Below are positions 11,890-28,204 of a stretch of DNA of 64,000 nt, in pieces. Numbering within the stretch: the stretch's first letter is position 1; each line of letters opens with the position of its first letter. This DNA comes from Eledone cirrhosa (lineage: Eukaryota). The stretch spans positions 62,496,001-62,560,000 of the forward strand of contig OZ024743.1 in assembly GCA_964016885.1 (NCBI GenBank), read 5' to 3'. The notes under the pieces are model-generated. The model saw only the letters and a program-made list of their open reading frames with translations. It searched no databases and was not told the DNA's origin. The position numbers were made by a program, and so were the translations under genes.

Positions 11890-14800
11890 AGCAATATAAC
11901 TTTACAGAGGAAGGGGGTGGGGATGGGGTAGTGTGAGGGGAGTGTATATTTGATTAAGAGGTGCCTACTGAGTGTAGGTTTTGCTTTGTACTTAGGCAAA
12001 GCGGGTTTTCTGTATTACTGCGTAGCGCCAAAGATCTCGGTCCAGTGACATTGTCTTAGAGAGGTGTAAGTGTGTAAGGTCAGAATTTATCAAATCGTTC
12101 CAGGTTTTTCTGGGTCTACCCTACTCCGTAACTTCCGTCAACTTTGATCACCCTGCACTTTTTTATACAGCTGCCGTCTTTCATGCGCATTGCGTGACCA
12201 GACCAACGTAGTCTTCTCTCGAGTAAACAGCATCTGATCCCTCTTATACCTAATTTCTCACTTAGTTCATTTATGCTTTGCTCTTCACGTATATTACTAT
12301 GACACATCCAGCGGAGCATGCATGCTTCGTTCCTCTCCAGTCTGTGCAGATCCTCTGCACACAATGCCCATGTCTCACTGCCATGTAACATAGCTGTTCG
12401 TATGCAGGCATCATACAGTCTGCCTTTCATTTTTAGAGAGAAACCTTTTGTGGCCAACAGCGGTATAAGCTCTCTGAACTTTTTCCATCCCGTTCTGACG
12501 CTGGCTACTGTACTTTCTGAGCACCCTCCACCACTGCTGATTTTGTCACCCAGGTAACGGAAGATATCCATTATTTCTATAGAGCTATCTGGGCAATAGA
12601 AGGAGCTAGTATCCTGTATCCTGTGGGCACTTGCTACTTATTGCACCTGAGCATCAGCCACATATAACATCTACGTTCTTAGGTAGCTTACCTGTGATCC
12701 CACTACATCTTTTATGCACCCATACTTTGCATTTGGGACATAAAATGGAATTTCTGCCTACTCATTTCCTACACACTGTGCATGGCCGTTTCCCAGAGGA
12801 GACCTGTGTCCTATTTTCCTTCTTACTTACTAGAACTATAGTCTTAGACAAGTTAACTTTAAGGCCTTTTAATTCTAGTCCATGCTTCCATGTTTGGAAT
12901 TTCTTCTCTAGTTCAGCCATCGATTCAGCTATGAGCGTTAGATCATCTGCATAGAGAAGTTCCCATGGGCTGCCGGTCTTGAACTCCTCTTTTATAGCCT
13001 GAAGGGCAATAATAAATAGGAGGGAGCTAAGGACAGAGCCCTGATGAACACCAACTTTTACGCTAAATTCTTCACTATATTCGTTGTTAATTCTAACCTT
13101 GCTGACTGTTTCTTTATACATGGCTTGTATAGCTCTCACAAGTCATTCATCAACCCCTAGTTTTCTAAGGGCCCACCAGATAATGGCGCGGGGGACTCTG
13201 TCAAATGCTTTCTTCAAGTCTACAAAAGCTAAGTATAGGGGTTTACTTTTAGATAGGTACTTCTCCTGTAGTTGTCGTACAAGGAAAAGAGCATCTGTAG
13301 TACTTTTACCTGACACAAACCCAAAATGCATTTCACCTAGATCAATTCGATCTCTGATTAGTTGCGCTATAACTTTTTCTGTGACCTTCATGGCCTGGTC
13401 AATTAATTTAATGCCTCTATAGTTTCCCCTATCTAGAGCATCCCCTTTACCCTTGTAGCAGTTAATGATGATGCTGCTACGCCAGTCATTTGATATGACC
13501 CCGTTCTGTATGACTGGGTTTACTATCCGGGTGACCATAATGTGTCCCACAGTTCCAGATGCTTTCAGAATTTCAGCAACTATCTCCGAAGGCCCAGCTG
13601 CCTTGCCTGTCTTCATATCTTGGATTGCCTTACTTATTATACTACCTTCAGCTTGCACTGCTGGTCCCTCTATTGGATCGATGTGGAGGAGGCTGTCTTT
13701 CTCCCATTTATTCTCCTCATTTAGTAGCCTCTCGTAGTGACACTTCCAGGCTACCCTCTTATCAGTGAAGGCAAGTACACCATCATCATTAAGGATACAC
13801 TTCTCCCCGACAATATCACAGTTTTCCTTGACACATTGCCTAGCAATCCTGAACACCTCACGATTTTGGTCCTCGCGTTGTAGAACATGCTTGAACTTTC
13901 TTTCCTCTGCTTCTCTTCTTGCAAAGTACACTTGTCTCCTAGCTTCCCTCCTGGCCACTTGATAGTCTTCGCTACTTCCCCGATCCCGCCATACTTTCCA
14001 AGCCTGCTTTTTGGCCTTGATTGACTCCTCCATCTTACTGTTCCACCACCAAGTTACTCTCCTCCTGCCTATAGGTCTGCTCCAGCCACAGATTTCATCT
14101 GTCGCCTACAGTAGGTTAACTTTCAGGAATTCCCACTGTTTCTCTATATTGTACGTCTCTAATTGTTCTTCCTTACTGTCAAAAACATCAAGTAATATGC
14201 TTTTAAATTTGTTTCTGGCTGTAGGGTCCTTTAACTTCCATATTCTTCTCCTTATGGTAGTCCTCCTTTGTTGCCGAGTACGTCTCATCCAGACTATGAG
14301 ATCGCTAACTATTAGGCTATGTTGGGAGGTGCATTCTTCATGGGAGAGGGATTTAGTGTTTACAACAGACACTCTGTCACGTCTTCTGGTAAGGATATAA
14401 CCTATCTGACTGGCGTGTTCCCCCTGATCTATAGGTGATCAAATGATTGTCTTGTTTTTTGAAGTGTGTGTTACAGATAGTTAGGTTATTTGCGTCACAG
14501 AATTTCAAGATTCTGGAGCCTTCCTCATTTCTAGTACCAAACCCATAGCCTCCATGGATTCCGTCATAGCCGTCACAATGTTGTCCAACATGACCATTCA
14601 GGTCGCCAGCAATAATTATGTAGTCACTGTCGGTTATTTGGGAGGTAGTGAACATTAGCGACTCATAGAATCTGTCTTTTATAACGCCAGGCAGTCCGGA
14701 TTGGGGTGCATACGCGGATATTATTGTAACAGAAGTTCTATTTAGGATAAGTCTTATTTTAATTATTCTGTCGTTCACTCTATTTACGTCTATTATCTTA

Positions 14801-15030
14801 TCTACCAATTTTTCTGCTACCATGATTCCTATTCCACTCAGCCCATTGTCATTTCCCACCCAGAAAAGTTTATAGCATCGTTTTTTACCCACAATGAATC
14901 TAGTAGACCCACCCCTCCACCTGGTCTCTTGAATACAGCAAACATCAACTTCCTTACGTTCAAGCATCTCTACAACCTCGTTAGAGCGACCTTTTAAAGT
15001 GCCTACATTCATGGTACCAACTCTGAAGTT
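11890..15030 (-). mobile_element. Decayed near-full-length RTE-clade LINE (APE endonuclease + RT + PHD-like finger)
   Basis: ORF pieces: APE (NVGTL, QETRW, YAPQ, GDLNGHVG) 14377-15012; RT (GNYRGIKL, AFVDLKKAFD, GVHQGS, LLYADD) 12762-14033; C-terminus (LHGSETW, RRLRW.GH) 12116-12571. Broken by stops and frameshifts. Confidence 0.95.
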
Positions 15031-15837
15031 TTGGATTGCGTTTGGTGGGTGGGAAGGATGAGGCGCAGGGAGGGGTGAGGGAGATTATGTTAGCCATCCG
15101 CGGCCGAAATAAAGAGGAGTCCTTGCATTCTCGTCCGGCAACATGAGTTGAATTTATCTTTATCTTTTACATTGTCATTGAGTGTCCAGATTTTTTAGAC
15201 TCTCCAGAATTCCATAGTCCATCTAGCATATCGAAAAGCAACCAGGTCTAAACTTAAGGAGAGGTCTAAACTCAAGGAGTCATAGTTAAGGTGGTGGTTT
15301 TATAAAAGAGATTGGTAGGAGAAACATATTTAAGCCGCTGAATTATGATTGGACCAAATAATAATAATGGTGGCGAGTGGGGGCGAGGGGTAGGTATCTG
15401 GGGGAGTTAGCGAGAAGGTTATTTTAAAATATAATCCTAGAAATTCGGCCATAAATAAACGAACATATAACAGTAATAAGAGTTTAAATACAAGTAGAAG
15501 ATTGTTTTGACAGAATTATGGGAGTTTAAAATACAAGATGATTGTTTTGAAGGTCTGACAGAATTATCGAATAACATTGAAAAGATTGGATTCTAAGTTA
15601 AGTGGACGATATAATACCGATAGGTGAATGGACTAGGAACATGGAGAGACAATAAAATAGGGTGAATACATTACATTTCTCAAAAACAAGGATAAGGGAT
15701 CGACAAACTCTGAGATTCGTAGCTCACAACAGGTTTATTTTATATTTGGAGAGATATGGAGGGGTGTGTGAGAAACTGCAGGCATATATACGATATATGG
15801 GGGGGGGGGGAACAGATATATATATATATATATATAT

Positions 15838-16173
15838 ATCATCATCATCATCATCATCATACGTACACTTTTCCCTGCTTGCAAGGGTGGGACGGGAACT
15901 GATTCTGGCTTGATTTCTACAGCTGAATGCCCTTCCTAACACCAATTTACAGTGAGTGCTGGGTGCTTTTTTTCCGTGGCGCCTACAAGTCCAGTTTACA
16001 GTGGAATGATAGGGACCCCAGTCCTATCATCTCATTTCTACAGCTGAGTAAACTGGAGCAATGTGAAATAAAGTGTCTTGCTCAAGGAAACAACACATCA
16101 CCCGGTCTGAGAATTGAACTCACAACCTTTCGATTGCAAGCCCAATGCTCCAACCACTAAGCCATGTGCCTCC
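15838..16173 (-). mobile_element. tRNA-derived SINE with conserved central domain and RTE-type 3' tail
   Basis: Minus strand: A-box TGGCTTAGTGG and B-box GTTCAATTC, then CCTTGAGCAAGACACTT, then GTTAGGAAGGGCATTCAGCTGTAGAAA...(GAT)n, which matches the RTE 3' ends at 23080-23250 and 46500-46640. Confidence 0.8.
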
Positions 16174-16246
16174 ATATATATGTATGTATATATATACATA
16201 CATATATATATACATATATACATATACATATATATGTATATATATG

Positions 16247-16348
<102 letters not shown>

Positions 16349-16358
16349 CATACATATA

Positions 16359-16396
<38 letters not shown>

Positions 16397-16397
<1 letters not shown>

Positions 16398-17240
16398 AAA
16401 CGGAAAAAATGAAACGAAATTTCATTTCCCACTCTTAGTACGGCTGTTACTTAAATATAAGTATGTACACGTACATACATATATGTATACAGACGTACAG
16501 TAGTATGTATATATATATACATACATGCACACATATATATATGTACGTATGGATTCACCGAACATTTATTATAATGCTCGGTGTGTTTGTAAACAAACAT
16601 CCCGTATTAAGCCGTAGTGTCTAGCAACCATCGTTGCTCGTTTGTTCAACACTGACAAAGGAACGCTGTACTAGTTTCAAGCTTATTAGCTATCGTCAAC
16701 AACGTATACCTTCCTGCCAGATTGTTGAACGTATATACTTACTTTATGCATATTAACGGCTGAGTAGCCCAATTTGCATATCGAGTGGGTTAATCGGCCG
16801 GGTGCACCGAAAACGATAAACGAAAAAAATGAAACGAAATTTCATTTCCCACTCTTAGTACGGCTGTTACTTAAATATAAATATGTACACGTACATACAT
16901 ATATGTATACAGACGTACAGTAGTATGTATAAATGTTCGGTGAATCCATACGTACAAATATATACATACATGCACACATATATATATGTACGTATGGATT
17001 CACCGAACATTTATTATAATACTCGGTGTGTTTGTAAACAAACATCCCGTATTAAGCCGTAGTGTCTAGCAACCATCGTTGCTCGTTTGTTCAACACTGA
17101 CAAAGGAACGCTGTACTAGATTCAAGCTTATTAGCTATCGTCAGCAACGTATACCTTCCTGCCAGATTGTTGAACGTATATACTTACCTTATGCATATTA
17201 ACGGCTGAGTAGCCCAATTTGCATATCGAGTGGGTTAATC
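16397..17240 (-). mobile_element. Diverged dimer (~420-bp unit) of the 476-bp HHR repeat family; both HHR cores mutated
   Basis: Colinear with the 476-bp unit. Cores read TTGACGA..GAAA (~16664-16706) and CTGACGA..GAAT (~17108-17150). Confidence 0.88.
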
Positions 17241-17501
17241 AACTGTGAAAATTGCAAACAGTTGAAAATTGCAAACTTGACTGTCACCACACATTATGAA
17301 CCTGAAGATTGCGAAAGCATGAAAGTACTTGTTCAATTAACACTTAATATTTAATATTCTACCATACTATTTCATTCTAATACCATTATAAATATTAAAG
17401 GATTGTAAATAAAACGAATAAATCAGACAAAGTTGGAATTCCTTTTATTAATATAATCTTCTATACACAATCATACACACCCGTGTATATTTATCTATCT
17501 A

Positions 17502-17537
<36 letters not shown>

Positions 17538-18104
17538 AGTAAAAATTAGCGAGAATCGAATTTCAGCCTATGAAATAACGAAAAAACACTTTCGAATTGT
17601 GAGGCAAGCGCTCAATAATTCAAAAGAATTAGAGCTTACAACTTACGTTAAAGGCCAAACACACTGAGATGGTGGTTAAACTAATTATCCACACAGCGAA
17701 GATTCGATCTCCTATTTCGGGTCAAACAGATATACAGATATAAAAATATATGAAAGCATAAATGTTTTTTACTCACCCGGACCCCATGAATGATGGTAAA
17801 GTCCAGTGTTGGGGTTTCTGCGGCTCCATAAGTCATTTACTGTCCACTTACATAAAGGATGTTAAGTTTCTCGTATCCTGACTGAACTAGGAGTGCGCGT
17901 TATCAACGGGATTCAGTTCTAAAAACCACATAGATGTGTCTGTAACTGACCCCACGTGGGGTTCAGCAAGGGAGGCAACACCTAAATTAGGCGAATGAAT
18001 TCATCTGTGTATAATATTGCGAAAATGCAAAATATTACAAATCGAATGAAGCACTCGACAGAGTGGTTAAATATAACAAAGCTATTCATATATACATATA
18101 TATG

Positions 18105-18505
18105 TAGAAGGTGAGTAATATTGTAGAACAATAAAAAAATATGCATATATCAGATAAGTAGCACCCAACAGTTGCTAGAACTGGAGTATATATGATAAAG
18201 AAGAAATTAAAAGATGGTTAAAAGAGTTCCATATATTTTATTATGCGCATTTAGAATACAAAATCCTCCTGGGACAAAAATTGTTCTCATCAGATAAAAT
18301 AAGGTAACATGATATGAGGTATAATAGAAAAGTATGTAGAATTAGCACTTTCCCGTAAACAAGTGCTATTATGACTCATATCATGTTACCTTATTTTATC
18401 TGATGAGAACACAATTTTTGTCCCAGGAGGATTTTGTATTCGAAATGCGCATAATAAAATATATGGAACTCTTTTAGCCATCTTTTAATTTCTTCTTTAT
18501 TATCT
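18105..18505. mobile_element. PLE-like terminal repeat in fold-back arrangement (same family as 7991-8200)
   Basis: ~18195-18318 is the reverse complement of ~18375-18502. The left part aligns with 7991-8200. Confidence 0.8.
18392..18461 (+). ncRNA. Type I hammerhead ribozyme
   Basis: TATTTTAT-CTGATGA-gaac...attc-GAAA-TGCGCA-TA-ATAAAATA. The opposite-arm copy (~18234-18301) has GAAA changed to TAAA. Confidence 0.75.
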
Positions 18506-18597
18506 ACATATATATGCATATATATATATATATGTATGTATATATATACATACACATATATATATATGTATATATATATGTATGTATATATATACAT

Positions 18598-19635
<1,038 letters not shown>

Positions 19636-19639
19636 ATAT

Positions 19640-20710
19640 ATAAATGGAATAGAATGAAACGAAAGTTCATTTCTCACTCTTAGTACGGCAGTTACTTAAA
19701 TGTAAGTATGTATGTATGTATACGTACATACATATATGTATACAGACGTACAGTAGTATGTATATATATACATACATGCACACGTATATATATGCACGTA
19801 TCGGTTTACCGAATATTTATTATAATGCTCGGTTTGTTTATAAACAAACAAACAGCCCGAATTACGCCGCACAGTGTTTAGGCAACCACGTCACCTTTTT
19901 GTTCAACACTGACACAGGAACGATGCACCCGGTCGACTAAACTCACTCGATATGCAAATTAGGCTGCTCAGCCGTTAATATGCATAAGGAAAGTATATAC
20001 TTTCAGACGTTCAACCATCTGGCAGGAAGGTATACGATACTGACGATAGCTAATAAGCTTGAAACTAGTACATCGTTCCTGTGTCAGTGTTGAACAAAAA
20101 GGTGACGTGGTTGCCTAAACACTGTACGGCGTAATTCGGGCTGTTTGTTTGTTTACAAACAAACCGAGCATTATAATAAATGTTCGGTAAACCGATACGT
20201 GCATATATATATGTGTGCATGTATGTATATATATACATACTACCGCACGTTTGTATACATATATGTATGTACGTATACATACATACTTACATTTAAGTAA
20301 CTGCCGTACTAAGAGTGAAAAATGAAATTTCGTTTCATTCTATTCCATTTATCGTTTTCGGTGCGCCCGGCCGTCTAAACTCACTCGATATGCAAATTAG
20401 GCTGCTCAGCCGTTAATATACTTAAGGAAAGTATATACTTTCAGACGTTCAACCATCTGGCAGGAAGGTATACGATGCTGATGATAGCTAATAAGCTTGA
20501 AACTAGTACATCGTTCCTGTGTCAGTCTTGAACAAAAAGGTGACGTGGTTGCCTAAACACTGCACGGCGTAATTCGGGCTGTTTGTTTGTTTACAAACGA
20601 ACCGAGCATTATAATAAATGTTCGGTAAACCGATACGTGCATATATATATGTGTGCATGTATGTATATATATACATACTATTGTACGTCTGTATACATAT
20701 ATGTATGTAC
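19640..20710. mobile_element. Third subfamily of the HHR repeat: partial copy followed by ~1.8 inverted units
   Basis: 19640-19925 is colinear with the left-arm orientation and 19926-20710 is inverted, with HHRs at ~20034-20076 and 20472-20514. Confidence 0.88.
20472..20514 (+). ncRNA. Minimal type I hammerhead ribozyme with fully Watson-Crick stem I
   Basis: ACGATG-CTGATGA-TAGCTAATAAGCTT-GAAA-CTAG-TA-CATCGT. Confidence 0.85.
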
Positions 20711-20717
20711 GTATACA

Positions 20718-20749
<32 letters not shown>

Positions 20750-20799
20750 CATATATATATGTATATATATATAGTATGTATATATATACATCTGCAAAA

Positions 20800-23330
<2,531 letters not shown>

Positions 23331-23515
23331 CACATATATATATATATACATATAGGAAAATATGGTTCGTAGAATCGAGACATCTGACGACCGTGTCGAT
23401 TTCAGAGTCAGGTATGATCAACACATCGATCGTGCCTCAAGCTGTCGCCCGAGAAACATTTGTAATATGTCCAATAAATTCCTTTTGTCGCAACAATGAT
23501 TTTCTTTTTTCTGTG

Positions 23516-23608
<93 letters not shown>

Positions 23609-23775
23609 CGCGAGAGAGAGCGTGTGTGTGTCTGTATATAAGCAGAAGAAATATTTAATTTGTTGGAAATTCAACAAATATAAATGTTTATAACTGATTC
23701 AGAGCACTCGAGAGCTATTTGAGTAAATATTCAATGATATTAAATAAATGGAAACTATTTTTATAAAAACATATT

Positions 23776-23837
23776 TATTCTATTATATATATTTCAAGGG
23801 TACCAAAAACTTTGGTACGCTTTCATCAGATAAAATA
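23776..23837 (-). ncRNA. Type I hammerhead ribozyme downstream of the PLE at 25.0-26.0 kb
   Basis: TATTTTAT-CTGATGA-AAGcGTACCAAagttTTTGGTACcCTT-GAAA-TATATA-TA-ATAGAATA, with a long stem II and a palindromic loop III. Confidence 0.75.
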
Positions 23838-24761
23838 CAAAGAGTGTTTTATAAATGTTGACATACCCAATTGAATTTTCCTTGGTTAGTGAGATTATAG
23901 AACGGATTTTTTCAAACTTATGGATGAATATGTAAATAAGGTTGAGTTATATGATTGAAAAACCGTTATTTTAAACGCTATGGAAAGTTTAGATATATAA
24001 TAATAAGAGAGAACGAAAAAAGAAAAAAAGAAAAGGGAAAAAGAAGAAGGAAAAGGAAAAAGGAAAAGGAAGACCACTTATATACGTTAATTTGGGGGAA
24101 ATAAATTCAAATATTTACCTATATTATGTATATATTTATACGGAGAATTATGTTTGTAAGTATTTATCTTATAATATTGTAGTGGGTTAAATATATAAAT
24201 AACTATATATATTTTAATAAAAGCATATGTATTTTTATTAAAAAGATAATTTGCAATTATTAGTTGTTTATAATATGAGTTACGGGGGATGTTGATTTTG
24301 TGTTATATGTATATAAATAAATAAATAAATAATTAGTTCAAGTTTTAGGTGGTTGTTCTTAATATGAGTTACGAGGGATGTTGATTTATATGTAAATAAA
24401 TAGGTAGTTAAAATTATGAATTTATATATTTGGGTAACTTGTTTCGCATTGAGAATGTTTTAAATTAACGGAGGTAGGTATAATGAGTTTAAATGATTGA
24501 GAAAGGAAAGATAACTCCAATTTTATTTGTTAATCAATAAAATTTTTTAAGAGTTAGTGTGAGATTAATTAATTATTTAGTCGAAAGAAATATGAATGTT
24601 TAAACATCGTCTTGAATAGGATACATTTTCCTAAAACCATTTAATGGTTATTAATCTACGTTTAAAAAATAGTTTTATAGGGTGTCATTGGAAAAATAGA
24701 GAATAAAAAATTAAAAATTAAAATTAAAATTATATAGATATACATAAATATATGAATACCA

Positions 24762-24880
<119 letters not shown>

Positions 24881-24994
24881 GAAAATATTTGCTGAAAGGT
24901 GAAAGTACTACAAATATTAGAAATATTATTATTTAGAGATATTAATATATTAAAAATCTAAATAGTTAAAAAGATCATTTTGAAAATGTATAGG

Positions 24995-25983
24995 AATATT
25001 ATAAGTTAGACATAGTTCTGAATGTAGAATTTTGCCGATGTCTGCAAGAATTAAATAATTGTGTTCTGCGATTAATAGAGTTTTGACAGTTAATTATATA
25101 AAAAATTTCTTCAATACACAATTTACAGAATTTTGATAAAGCCACGTTTCAGTACGCAGATGCTAATGAAATCGTTTCCCAAGATATTGAATAGTATATA
25201 TTCTTGCTTTTTAAGGTCCATATCAGATGTGAAAGAGAAGTAGATTTTTTATCAGATCTTTTGAAAGAGTGATTATGGTTATTCCAGCGACCTTTAAATG
25301 TTGTAGAAGTGGCACCGACATAGTTAAATTTATTATCACTAGTTTTAACTGTGCATTTATAGACTACGTTTTTATCTAAACACTTATTTTGTAAAGGGCA
25401 GTTTGATTTTATTCTACAGTTACATTTTACGGAGTTGTTGCTCGGAACGGTACTATAAGGTTGGATATTGCTAGAAATATTATTATTGCTATCATGGTTA
25501 TTTTGGTTAGGGTTTGAATTTAAGTTTCTATTATTAATTCTATTTATATTTTGTGCAATGTTCATAGTAGTAGAGTGGGATAGTTTTATAGTATGTCTGT
25601 TAAAGATTGAGTGGTATCTGTGGGCTTTGGAAAACCATTTGTCTAATGCTTTAAAGAATAGTTTTGCTAAAGGTGTTTTAACGCTTAATGAGAAGGGGGT
25701 GAGGACCAAATAATATTTCTAGTTCTAGTTCTTTTGTTTGTTTTAGAATTTAAGTTAAATTGTTTATTATTATTGTAATTAATACTAGGGTCATTTGCCG
25801 TGTTATTGTTGTCAATGTATTTAATTTTATTCGAATAGCCTGCTCTATTTAAAGCTTCATTATAATATTCAGCCTTATCTTCAAAGATATTTTTATTAGC
25901 AGAGATGCCTGAAATTCGTTGTTGGACACTATTGACAATAGTGTTATTAATAGATCTAGGATGATTAGAGTTAAAACTTACGT
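24995..25983 (-). pseudogene. Penelope-like element: RT thumb, linker (CNCRxxxxCPLxxxC) and GIY-YIG endonuclease
   Basis: ORF 25149-25709 contains IFNRHTIKLS, CNCR..CPL..CL..NVVYKC..NYVGAT..FK.RW.NH. The frame continues past a TGA into CKLC..E...INRR..CRHR. Confidence 0.88.
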
Positions 25984-26392
25984 TTTGCCCTTGTAGCAGT
26001 TAACGATGATGCTGCTACGTATGTCATTTGGTATGACCCCACTCTGTATTACTTGGTTTACTATCCGGGTGACATAAACAATAACTGCTTCATATATCAA
26101 ATGTTTGAAATAAGCAGCTATTCTTTTTATAACCCATAAAGAAGCCAAATGTGAGTGTTAAATTTTGTGAAAACAGCGACTTTAAATTATATTTTATGAG
26201 ACATCTTTTCTATTCCATTTTCTTATAAAATTAAAATATGACTTTATGGTAGCTTGGAAGACAGACGTTAAACAATGATGATGATGATGAGGATGAGTTA
26301 TTTTCAAGACTTATGTCATATCTGGTCAATGAGAAGTGACATTAGAGGATATATATACAAATTTGTATATTTGTATATATATGCATATTTGT
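25984..26392 (+). repeat. ~410-bp composite segment duplicated at 27789-28205
   Basis: Near-identical sequence made of an RTE RT piece, an AT-rich piece and a (GAT)n tail piece. Confidence 0.9.
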
Positions 26393-26821
26393 TTATATAT
26401 ATATACATATTTGTTCATATATATATATATACACACACACAGAAATTGGAAGTTGCGTTTCGCTAATTTCTACTCACCGAAATGCGATTCTCGCTAAATT
26501 TATATTTATATTAATCTCCCGAGTCTAGCAATTAACCAGTTTATTTATTTTTTTTTTTTTAGTTAATTCTATTGACTGATTAATTGCTTAAATTTACTTT
26601 AAAAACTACCCGGTCGAGAGCTTAATTGGTTTTGTGCTATTTTTGCCATGTTTGCATTGACTACACATACTGAATTCATTTGCCAAAACTGGCCATGGGG
26701 TTGGTTAAGCCGATCGGAGCACCCCGAACTGAGAGGTCTCCGTTCATAGCGAGGGGCGGGGGCGGCTTTGTACCTTCCACGCTCACTCCCGGGCCCACAT
26801 ATGTCCCCCGCGGCTCCACCA

Positions 26822-27110
26822 CGATAGTAGAGCCCTATGCTAAGGTTTAATGTTACGTCAAAAAAGTTAACGATTTTGTAGTTATTCTCTATTACTAACT
26901 TATAATTATTGAAGAATTGTATTATGGATTTTTTTTTCCTATTAATTTCACAATTACTATGGTTTTCGATTAAAAGCAGCATATCATCACGATATAAACA
27001 ACCGGTCATCTCTGGCATTTTCCTATTCAGTGTATTATTAATACATAAGCCCACAAGATCCGTTATTTGCGTCGAGCCGGATGATCCCATAGTGATATCA
27101 AAATTATTTT
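26822..27110 (-). pseudogene. Penelope-like RT core fragment (probably the same element as 24995-25983)
   Basis: FDITMGS...DLVGL...LYRDD...VNFFDVTLNL within ORF 26599-27195. Confidence 0.85.
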
Positions 27111-27880
27111 TTCTACCTACTGCTTTCCTACACACTGAGCATGGCCATTTCTCAGAGGACACCTTTCTACGTACTAGAACTTTAGTCTTAGACAAGTTAA
27201 GTTAAAGGCCTTTTGATTATATGCCATGCTTCCATGTTTAGAATTTCTTCTCTAGTTCAGCCATAGATTCGGTTATGAGAGTTAGATCATCTGCATATAG
27301 AAGTTCCCACGGGCAGCCGGTCTTAAACTCTTCTGTTATAGCCTGCATGGCAACAATAAACAGGAGGGGGGCAAGGACAATTCCTGGTGAACACCCACTT
27401 CTACGCCAAACTCCTCGCTATATTTATTGCCAATTCCAACCTTGCTGACTGTTCCTCTATACATGGCTTGTATAGCTCTCACAAGCCATTCATCTACTCC
27501 TAGTTTTCTAAGATCCCACCAGATAATGAAGCGGAGGACTCTGTCAAAGGCTTTCTCCAAGTCAACAAAAGCTAAGTAGAGGGGTTTACTTTTAGCTGGG
27601 TACTTCTCATGTAGTTGCCGTACAAGGAAGAGGGCATCCGTGGTAATTTTACCTGGCACAAACCTAAACTACCTTTCATCTAGGTCAATTCGGTCTCTAA
27701 TTAGTTGTGCAATAACTCTTTCTGTGACCTTCATGACCTGGTCAACTAACTTAATGCCTCTATAGTGTTCTCTATCTAGAGCGTCTCCTTTGCCCTTGTA
27801 GCAGTTAACGATGATGCTGCTACGTATGTCATTTGGTATGACCCCACTCTGTATTACTTGGTTTACTATCCGGGTGACAT
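27105..27880 (-). mobile_element. Internal RTE RT fragment
   Basis: [28 protein letters not shown] and WPCSVCRK motifs. Confidence 0.9.
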
Positions 27881-28204
27881 AAACAATAACTGCTTCATAT
27901 ATCAAATGTTTGAAATAAGCAGCTGTTCTTTTTATAACCCATAAACAAGCAGCCAAATGTGAGTGTTAAATTTTGTGAAAACAGGGACTTTAAAATTATA
28001 TTTTATGAGACATCTTTTCTATTCCATTTTCTTATAAAATTAAAATATGACTTTATGGTAGCTTGGAAGACAGACGTTAAACAATGATGATGATGATGAG
28101 GATGGGTTATTTTCAAGACTTATGTCATATCTGGTCAATGAGAAGTGACATTAGAGGATATATATATATACAAATTTGTATATTTGTATATATATGCATA
28201 TTTG

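Noticed and set aside
16100-16173. tRNA gene
   Set aside because: A and B boxes are present, but there is no full cloverleaf and it continues into SINE body sequence.
23379-23472. Possible hammerhead GACAT-CTGACGA...GAAA-CATTTG-TA-AT-ATGTC
   Set aside because: Stem II does not close convincingly and stem I needs a 2-nt offset; at best a decayed copy.
25149-25151. In-frame TGA in the PLE endonuclease as possible selenocysteine (reported for some Naiad PLEs)
   Set aside because: It does not appear to sit at a conserved Cys position, the element is otherwise decayed, and I could not identify a SECIS. A nonsense mutation is simpler.
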